Shown here piece by piece: positions 56,900 through 64,000 of a stretch of 64,000 bases of DNA. Where the stretch lies: contig OY763927.2 of NCBI GenBank assembly GCA_963667665.2, positions 1,216,001 to 1,280,000 on the forward strand. Direction: 5' to 3'. How positions within the stretch are numbered: the stretch's first letter is position 1; each line of letters starts with the position of its first letter. This DNA comes from Nitrosopumilus sp. (GTDB taxonomy: Archaea; Thermoproteota; Nitrososphaeria; Nitrososphaerales; Nitrosopumilaceae). The notes below the pieces were generated by a model. That model had not been told where the DNA came from. It ran no database searches and worked only from the letters and a program-made list of their open reading frames with translations. The translations under genes and the position numbers were made by a program.

Positions 56900-58387
56900 T
56901 CAATCCAATTTATTTTTCCAATTAGAATTATTGTTAGTAATATTTTGTACACGACTCTTAAAGTATTCAGAATGAATTATTGCAGCAACCAAAGCTGCTT
57001 CACTTTTCTCTTCTTTTTCTTTCTTAAGATCTTTAGTTAATCTATCAATCATGCCATGACGCTTGAGAAAATCAGTGGATAATTCTCCATTTTTGTATTC
57101 ATCGGAATTTAGAATTGTTTTGTATAGAGGAATTGAAGTTTCCACTCCTTGAATGTAAAAGTCATTTAATGCTGAAAGCATTCTAGTTCTAGATTCTTCA
57201 AATGTTTGACCCCATGTACAGAGTTTTGCCATAAGTGAGTCATAAAATGGAGAAACTGCACATCCAGGATATAGATAAGTGTCACATCTAACACTTGGTC
57301 CTGCGGGAATTGTTACATCTGGAATAGGGCCAGTAGATGGAGCAAAGTCCAAGAACGTATCTTCTGCATTGATTCTACATTCTATTGCATAGCCATTCAT
57401 TTTGAGATCACTTTGTTTGAATGTAATTGCTTCTCCATTTGCAATATCGATTTGCAATTTGACCAAATCCAACCCAGATACAAGTTCTGTGATTGGATGT
57501 TCTACTTGTAATCTTGCATTAATTTCAATAAAATAAAATTCGCCATCATCAGCTCTTAGAAATTCAGCAGTTCCTAAATTTGTATAACCAACTGCATCAG
57601 CTGCTTTACAAACTAATGCACCTATACGATTTCTTGTTTCTTCATCAACAGCAGGTGAAGGAGTTTGTTCGATTAATTTTTGATTTCGTCTTTGAATTGA
57701 ACATTCTCGCTCAAAGATATGAACAGTATTACCATGAGTATCTCTAGCCATTTGAAATTCAATGTGTCGAGTTTTTTCAAGAAATTTTTCTACAAGAATG
57801 GCTGATTTTCCTACTGATGCCATTGATTCGCCTGTAACAGCTTCATAGCCTTCGCGTAATTCTTTATCACTAGTTACTATTCTAATTCCACGACCACCAC
57901 CACCATAAACTGATTTTAACATTACAGGATAACCAATTTTATTTGCAATTTTTTCTGCATCATCTGCATCTTTTACTAGACCGGGACTTCCAGGAACAGT
58001 TGGAACTTTAGCTTTTAACATTGCAGCTTTGCATTTCATTTTGTCACCACAGAGATCCATTGAATCAGCAGACGGACCAATAAAATTAATTTTATTTTTT
58101 TCACATAAACGAGCAAAGTCATCATTTTCAGAAAGAAAACCATAACCTGGATGAACAGCATCTGCACCAGAGGATAACATAACTTCCAGAATTTTTTCTT
58201 GATTAAGATATGATTTTGTAGGAGTAGCCTCTCCAATGTAATATGCTTCAGTAGCTTGTTTTACATGCATTGAATTGTAATCTTCATCAGAATAAACTGC
58301 AACTGATTTGATTCCAAGTCTTTTACATGTTCTAATTACACGTAAAGCAATTTCTCCTCTGTTTGCGATAAGTACTTTTTCAATCAT
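56900..58387 (-). CDS. accC: Biotin carboxylase subunit of acetyl/propionyl-CoA carboxylase (3HP/4HB cycle)
   Basis: ANRGEIA, HPGYGFLSEN, RECSIQRRNQK, EINARLQVEH. Confidence 0.96.
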   Translation of the reverse strand: MIEKVLIANRGEIALRVIRTCKRLGIKSVAVYSDEDYNSMHVKQATEAYYIGEATPTKSYLNQEKILEVMLSSGADAVHPGYGFLSENDDFARLCEKNKINFIGPSADSMDLCGDKMKCKAAMLKAKVPTVPGSPGLVKDADDAEKIANKIGYPVMLKSVYGGGGRGIRIVTSDKELREGYEAVTGESMASVGKSAILVEKFLEKTRHIEFQMARDTHGNTVHIFERECSIQRRNQKLIEQTPSPAVDEETRNRIGALVCKAADAVGYTNLGTAEFLRADDGEFYFIEINARLQVEHPITELVSGLDLVKLQIDIANGEAITFKQSDLKMNGYAIECRINAEDTFLDFAPSTGPIPDVTIPAGPSVRCDTYLYPGCAVSPFYDSLMAKLCTWGQTFEESRTRMLSALNDFYIQGVETSIPLYKTILNSDEYKNGELSTDFLKRHGMIDRLTKDLKKEKEEKSEAALVAAIIHSEYFKSRVQNITNNNSNWKNKLD

Positions 58388-58393
58388 TTTAAA

Positions 58394-59941
58394 TCACAGA
58401 TTTATGTTTCCGTGTTTTCTTGGTAGTTGTTTTGCTCTTTTGTTTTCAAGCATATCTAGTGCTTTTATTAGCATAGGTCTTGTTTCAGCAGGATCAATTA
58501 CATTATCAACAGTTCCATGAGAGGCTGCAACGTAAGGATTTTCAAATTTTTCTGCAAATTCATCGATTAATTCTTTTTTAAGAGATTCAGGGTCTTCAGC
58601 TTTTGCAAGTTCTTTTCTATACATGATTTTTACGGCTGCTTCTCCACCTAAAACTGCACATCTTGCAGTTGGCCATGCATAGTTGATGTCAGTTCTAAGA
58701 TTTTTACTTCCCATTGCAATGTATGCACCGCCATATGCTTTGCCAATTACTAAAGTAATTCTTGGAACAGTAGCTTCACAAAATGCAAAGAGTAGTTTAC
58801 TTCCATGTCTAATGATTCCATTGTGTTCTTGATTAGAACCAGGCATGTAACCAGGAGTGTCAACTAAAGTGATAAGAGGTATGTTAAATGAATCACAGAA
58901 TCTGATGAAACGTGCAGCTTTGTTTGATGAATCAATATCAAGTGCACCAGCAAGATGCATAGGATTGTTTGCAATAAATCCAACAACTCTTCCATTCATT
59001 CTTCCATAACCAACTACAATATTTGGTGCAAACAATTCATGCACTTCAAAGAATTCGTGATTATCAACAATTGAGTTAATGATATCTTTCATGTCATAAG
59101 GTTGCAAAGGATTTTCTGGAATTATATTAATCAGATTATGATCTAATCTATTTGGATCATCATCAGTTGTAGTTTTAGGTGGCTCTTCAGTATTATTTTG
59201 TGGAAGATATGAAAGTAGTTTTTTGACATAATCCATACACTCGTATTCATTTTCTGCAACGAAATGTGCAACTCCACTTTTTGTACCATGTGTCATTGCA
59301 CCACCAAGATCTTCAAATGAAATTTCTTCACCTAATACAGTTTTGACTACATCAGGTCCTGTAACAAACATAGTTCCTATCTTGTTAACCATAATTACAA
59401 AGTCAGTCATTGCGGGAGAGTAAACAGCACCACCTGCAGAAGGACCAATGCTTGCAGTAATTTGTGGAATAACTCCAGAAGCTAATTGATTGTAATAAAA
59501 AATATCTGCAAAGCCATCAAGACTCATAATTCCTTCTTGGATTCTAGCACCACCAGAATCCATTATCCCAATAATTGGGCATCCTGTTTTAAGTGCATGT
59601 TCCGTAAGTTTTGTAATTTTTTGAGCTCCCATTCTACTTAGTGTACCACCAAGTATAGTAAAGTCATAAGCAAAGACAAAGATTTGTCTACCATTTACTG
59701 TCCCATATCCACAAATTACACCATCTGTAAAGAATTTCTTTTTCTGCATATCATATTCATGATAGTGATGAGTGGTTAATGGATCCATTTCAGTAAAAGT
59801 ACCTTCGTCGAGTAAAAGATTAATTCGTTCACGAGCAGTTAATTTGCCCTTATCATGTTGAGCCTTGATTCTATCTTGGCCCCCTCCTTGTAATGCTATG
59901 TTATTCTTTTTAGTATATTCTTCAATCTTTTCAGAATGCAT
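58394..59941 (-). CDS. pccB: Carboxyltransferase subunit of acetyl/propionyl-CoA carboxylase
   Basis: GKLTARER, DSGGARIQEG, KAYGGAY, RKHGNINL. Confidence 0.96.
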   Translation of the reverse strand: MHSEKIEEYTKKNNIALQGGGQDRIKAQHDKGKLTARERINLLLDEGTFTEMDPLTTHHYHEYDMQKKKFFTDGVICGYGTVNGRQIFVFAYDFTILGGTLSRMGAQKITKLTEHALKTGCPIIGIMDSGGARIQEGIMSLDGFADIFYYNQLASGVIPQITASIGPSAGGAVYSPAMTDFVIMVNKIGTMFVTGPDVVKTVLGEEISFEDLGGAMTHGTKSGVAHFVAENEYECMDYVKKLLSYLPQNNTEEPPKTTTDDDPNRLDHNLINIIPENPLQPYDMKDIINSIVDNHEFFEVHELFAPNIVVGYGRMNGRVVGFIANNPMHLAGALDIDSSNKAARFIRFCDSFNIPLITLVDTPGYMPGSNQEHNGIIRHGSKLLFAFCEATVPRITLVIGKAYGGAYIAMGSKNLRTDINYAWPTARCAVLGGEAAVKIMYRKELAKAEDPESLKKELIDEFAEKFENPYVAASHGTVDNVIDPAETRPMLIKALDMLENKRAKQLPRKHGNINL

Positions 59942-60043
59942 AACAGTGATCTAAAGCATGAGGGTTTCATATATTAATTTAATTTGGTATTAAAAAAATT
60001 ATCAAATTTTTACAAAAATTCAAGTATTATTCATTTTAGAAAT

Positions 60044-60355
60044 TTAGGAGTTAAGAATTATGAATTTCTTTTTGGTTGATTTTTGGTAAGAGTCAAAAGC
60101 ATCTTTTTCCTCACTGCATTTCTTACAGATACATAATTGAGATACATTTGGAATATCACAATTTTCCTGAAATTCACATTGCGAACAACCAGCAGAAGCA
60201 CCACATACTGCGCATTGTAATTCATTGATTTGAGCACATTTTTCATGTTTTACACCTAATCCTTTTGCCCATAAGCCAATTTCATTGACTTTAATTTTTT
60301 CATTACACACTATACAAGTTCCTGGAAACTTCATAGGAATTTTTCTCCAACTCAT
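60044..60355 (-). CDS. Cys-rich putative multi-zinc-finger protein
   Basis: CIVC...HEKC, CAVC, CSQC, CICKKC. Confidence 0.8.
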   Translation of the reverse strand: MSWRKIPMKFPGTCIVCNEKIKVNEIGLWAKGLGVKHEKCAQINELQCAVCGASAGCSQCEFQENCDIPNVSQLCICKKCSEEKDAFDSYQKSTKKKFIILNS

Positions 60356-61509
60356 TGGATTAGTTCAATCTCCTTGTCGATAATATCACCAAAAGTTTCT
60401 TCTAGGTCTAATTCAAGAGTATTATTTTTAATACAAAATAAAACATAAGGAAAACAAAGTGCTACAAAAGTACTAGATGATGTATGTAATTTTTTTGCCA
60501 TGACAGATGATAATGACTTTATTTTTTTGCCATCCCAACGAATTCTATTAAGTAAAGGCCATGAAAGATTGTATTGTGAATATCTAATTCTGTCATCATT
60601 TTGATACAATTCTATCAAAACATCATTAAGATAACGTAAAAGTCTCCAATTCTGAGTTTTCATAATCTTACCATAAAGCATATCAGCATTTGAAATAACT
60701 TTTAGATATTTTGCAAGTGTTATATTATCTAAATCACTTGTGATTATACTAGAATAAAATGCATCAATCTTTGTTCTTGGATCAATTTGCATAGAATACA
60801 AAACACCTCTAGCTTCTTCAATGGAATTTGCTTTAAAGAATGCATTTACTCCATCTTCAACATTAATACTTTCAAAAGACGTTTCAGTTTGAGGATTAAA
60901 TCCAGTTACTAAAGATTGAGTCAAATTAATCATTGAGCGGATATCTCCATGTGATTTGTCAATAACTTTGATCAAAGAGCCAGGACTTAGTTTTGCACCC
61001 TCTTTTTTCAGAATATTTTCAAGATAGACTCTCAAAAGACGAGGAGGAATTCTTTTGAAGTGGATTGTTTTAACCACTTTTTTGATACCTTTCATTTTGT
61101 CTAATGCATCATCGTTTGCAGCAAGGATGATAGGTACTGTTGGTTCTTTTAGAATATCAACAAGGGCTGCGGCTCCTCCATAATCACCACGACCATGAAT
61201 GCCATCTACCTCATCAACAAATATCATTGGAGTTCCTAAAACACTCACATTACCTAAGACAGGTATGAGAATTTCATTAAGTCTGGATTTACTTCGGGCA
61301 TCACTAGCATTAAGCCCAATCATATCATATTCAAATTGTTTTGCTATAAGATAGGCTATTGTGGTTTTTCCAATTCCAGGTGGTCCAACTAAAAGAAGAG
61401 GTTTTGTTCCTTTCTTCCATTTTGTAAACCATTCCATGATAGCAGCACGAGGTTCTTCGTTTCCCACCATATCAGAAATAATCTGAGGTCGGTGTTTTTC
61501 AGACCACAT
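60352..61509 (-). CDS. rfcL: Replication factor C large subunit
   Basis: WSEKHRP, GPPGIGKT, LNASDAR, DEVDG, GDIRS. Confidence 0.9.
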   Translation of the reverse strand: MWSEKHRPQIISDMVGNEEPRAAIMEWFTKWKKGTKPLLLVGPPGIGKTTIAYLIAKQFEYDMIGLNASDARSKSRLNEILIPVLGNVSVLGTPMIFVDEVDGIHGRGDYGGAAALVDILKEPTVPIILAANDDALDKMKGIKKVVKTIHFKRIPPRLLRVYLENILKKEGAKLSPGSLIKVIDKSHGDIRSMINLTQSLVTGFNPQTETSFESINVEDGVNAFFKANSIEEARGVLYSMQIDPRTKIDAFYSSIITSDLDNITLAKYLKVISNADMLYGKIMKTQNWRLLRYLNDVLIELYQNDDRIRYSQYNLSWPLLNRIRWDGKKIKSLSSVMAKKLHTSSSTFVALCFPYVLFCIKNNTLELDLEETFGDIIDKEIELIQ

Positions 61510-61517
61510 CAATTATA

Positions 61518-62633
61518 TCACTTGGGAAGTTTGGATTCAAACTCTGACCATTTGTTAGCCTTTTGTAATTTATTATACCAATATTGGTTATAATGCTCTA
61601 CAGTCAAAAACAAAAATTCTAAAAATTCTTTGTGGGAAAATCCTTCAGGTAATAATTCTAGAGTAAGGCGAGCATCTTGCAAAAACAGATTACTTTTTTC
61701 TAAAGTAATTTCAAATCCTTTTTTCACATCATTTGCTAATAGTGAATAGTAAAGTGGCCAAGAGGGGATTTTTACAAATCCATTTTTAATAGAGTCTTCA
61801 ATTTCATTTCCACAGCCAACACCTTCTGCAGCTCTTGCCATACCTAAATAGAAAATTTCTCCTAATGGTCGTTCTGCTAAAGCCATGTTTTTACCTGCAG
61901 TTCCCATTACTGCTCGATATTTTTTGTAAGAGAGTGCCATTTCTTCTTCAGTAATTTCAGTTGGTTTTGATTTTAATTTTTCATCAAGATATTGTCCTAT
62001 TCTTGCATCTTTGAATCCTTCTTCAAATTCTTTTAGTACTTGTTCACCGCCCTTTGAAATTTTATCACGAGCTAATTTCAAGATGTATGGATTCATTAGT
62101 TTGTAATCATCAAGAAATTCTAAATCTTCATCTCTATCTACAATTCTATCCATTGGTTCACTGAGATCTATTGCTAAGATATGACCCTCAACTACATTCT
62201 GTTTTAATTGAGGATCATCTCTTCCAGAATAATCTGCCGCAGCGTCAAACAATCCATTAAAAACAGGAAAGGTCATTTTTACAAAATTTGAGTTTAAAAT
62301 TCTAAGTACCCTGTCTTTTAGTACATCCAGACTTTCTAATTTTGATTTTATAGGCTCAATTTCTGATGCATTTAGTATTATTTCAGTTGAACCTACTTCA
62401 TTACCAAATGCTTGCTGAGTAGAATTTGGGTTAGTATCAGATTTTATTTCATTAAGAAGGCCTTGTGCAAATCTTTCGGCAAAATTTGGGAATTCATTTT
62501 CTGTTTCTTCTTTATATTTTTTAAATAATTTGTAACCTTTTGATTTGAACAAGCCTTGTTTGATAATTTGTTTACCAGGTTTTGTGCTCATCAAAGCTTC
62601 TTTACTTACAACAGATTGATCTTTGCCACTCAC
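61518..62633 (-). CDS. Hypothetical protein with a degenerate isoprenyl-diphosphate-synthase-like fold
   Basis: 371-aa ORF; motif-by-motif correspondence to the GGPP synthase in this window (see findings). Confidence 0.8.
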   Translation of the reverse strand: MSGKDQSVVSKEALMSTKPGKQIIKQGLFKSKGYKLFKKYKEETENEFPNFAERFAQGLLNEIKSDTNPNSTQQAFGNEVGSTEIILNASEIEPIKSKLESLDVLKDRVLRILNSNFVKMTFPVFNGLFDAAADYSGRDDPQLKQNVVEGHILAIDLSEPMDRIVDRDEDLEFLDDYKLMNPYILKLARDKISKGGEQVLKEFEEGFKDARIGQYLDEKLKSKPTEITEEEMALSYKKYRAVMGTAGKNMALAERPLGEIFYLGMARAAEGVGCGNEIEDSIKNGFVKIPSWPLYYSLLANDVKKGFEITLEKSNLFLQDARLTLELLPEGFSHKEFLEFLFLTVEHYNQYWYNKLQKANKWSEFESKLPK

Positions 62634-62715
62634 AAACGTAAACTTCTTTGTTGTTATTTATGCTTTCAAAATAAATGTTTACTTCACTTAAATTACGAAA
62701 ATCTAAATGTTCAGT

Positions 62716-63516
62716 ATGGAAGTAATAGAAATTCTTCGAGAAGCTTCAAATAGAATTTATAAAAATGTAAAAGATCTTGCAGGTACTGAACAAGCTGCAG
62801 GAGATTTTGGTAGAGGAGCAGGAGGAGACATTTCACGAAACATAGACATTGTTGCTGAAAAAACAGTTTTAGATTATCTCAAAGAAATTAATTTTGAATG
62901 TATTGTTTTAGGTGAAGAATGTGGAAGAGTTGAATTGTCAGATAATTCTAAAGGATATATCATTATGGATGCTATAGATGGGTCTGCTAATGCAGTACGT
63001 GGTGTTCCTTTTTTCTGTAGTTCATTGGCATTTGCAACTGAGAATAAACTTAGTTCAATTACAGATGGAGTTATTACAAATCTAACAAATGGAGAAATGT
63101 ATTGGGCTTCAAAAAATAAAGGCGCATTTTTCAATGAGGAGCAAATCAAAGTTCACAACAGTGATCCAATATACAAAATAGTTGGCATTAACATATCTGG
63201 GGCATCAATAGATTTGATGAAACGATTACATCCAATATTTGAAAACCACAATCACACAAGACATTTTGGTGCAAATGCCCTAGAAATGGCATTATTTGCA
63301 AGAGGATTGATGGATGTTTTTATTGATTTGAGAGATAAAATTAGAATTCAAGATATTGCTGCAGGGTATCTAATTGTTAAAGAAGCAGGAGGATTACTAT
63401 TAGATGCAGATTTGAACCCACTTGATGCTGATCTAAGTTATGATACAAGAGTTTCTTTTATTGCTGCTGCAAATCAGAAAATTCTAGATGAAATAGTATC
63501 GCAGATCAATCAGTGA
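62716..63516 (+). CDS. Inositol monophosphatase / fructose-1,6-bisphosphatase family protein
   Basis: GEE, DAIDGSANA, RHFGANALE, DIAAG. Confidence 0.92.
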   Translation: MEVIEILREASNRIYKNVKDLAGTEQAAGDFGRGAGGDISRNIDIVAEKTVLDYLKEINFECIVLGEECGRVELSDNSKGYIIMDAIDGSANAVRGVPFFCSSLAFATENKLSSITDGVITNLTNGEMYWASKNKGAFFNEEQIKVHNSDPIYKIVGINISGASIDLMKRLHPIFENHNHTRHFGANALEMALFARGLMDVFIDLRDKIRIQDIAAGYLIVKEAGGLLLDADLNPLDADLSYDTRVSFIAAANQKILDEIVSQINQ

Positions 63517-63648
63517 ACAAATTACAATAGAAAATTAAATTTTCACAAGTAATTTTATAGTTTTTCATACTTGAGAGCAGTAATCGAATTTTGAGAATGA
63601 AAATATAAAAGAAATATTTTTATCTATAATAGGAGAAAAGCTTCTTGT

Positions 63649-64000
63649 ATGGTTTCTGAGATGAAGGCAAAGGTCACTTATATGGAAATGTTAAAAGAAG
63701 ATCTTGTAATTATGCGAGTAGTTCCAGAAAATGGAATGCCAGAATACAGAACTGGTCAATTTCTAACTATTGGTCTTCCAATACCAGCAGAAAAAAAGGT
63801 AGTTAGAAGAGCATATTCACTTGCATCCCATGCAGGGAATAGAGATTATTTTGAATTTGTAATTAGATGGGTAAGAAAACCACTTCCAGGTCGTGTTACA
63901 ACTGAATTATTTTATCTAGGTGTTGGTGATGAAGTATCACTAGGATATCCTACAGGAGCTGCATTACAAATTAGTGAAAAGTTACCTAACGGAGAAAAAG
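63649..64000 (+). CDS. Ferredoxin--NADP(+) reductase family protein, 5' part (runs off the window)
   Basis: Manual translation MVSEMKAKVTY...YRTGQFLTIGL...VRRAYSLASH...PGRVTTELF; RxYS FAD-binding motif. Confidence 0.85.
   Translation, partial: MVSEMKAKVTYMEMLKEDLVIMRVVPENGMPEYRTGQFLTIGLPIPAEKKVVRRAYSLASHAGNRDYFEFVIRWVRKPLPGRVTTELFYLGVGDEVSLGYPTGAALQISEKLPNGEK

Noticed and set aside
1-64000. CRISPR arrays, transposases, integrases, proviral genes, amo genes
   Set aside because: No regularly spaced repeats or such ORFs were seen; the tandem repeats found are short and coding

Overview
AT-rich chromosomal window from an ammonia-oxidising archaeon (Nitrososphaerota/Thaumarchaeota, Nitrosopumilus-like). 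The assignment rests on acetyl/propionyl-CoA carboxylase genes, an 11-subunit complex I in the order A-B-C-D-H-I-J-K-M-L-N, a transketolase-Rpe fusion, a stand-alone 5S rRNA and a tRNA-Glu with a T-loop intron. Most of it is core genome: ribosomal proteins, mevalonate/GGPP genes, gltX, pentose phosphate genes, ABCE1, nuo, acc/pcc and rfcL. The non-routine parts are: (i) a 2-domain multicopper oxidase-ZIP operon behind three DtxR-like boxes in exact 19-bp register; (ii) a complete, oddly arranged Liv-type ABC transporter; (iii) an accessory islet around tRNA-His (27.0-31.4 kb) bracketed by two paralogous small basic proteins, each with three SGRGT motifs, and holding a SAM methyltransferase, a TBP gene remnant and several unannotated microproteins; (iv) a 371-aa hypothetical protein that appears to be a degenerate isoprenyl-diphosphate-synthase-fold protein. 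All family calls come from motif recognition; no database searches were run.
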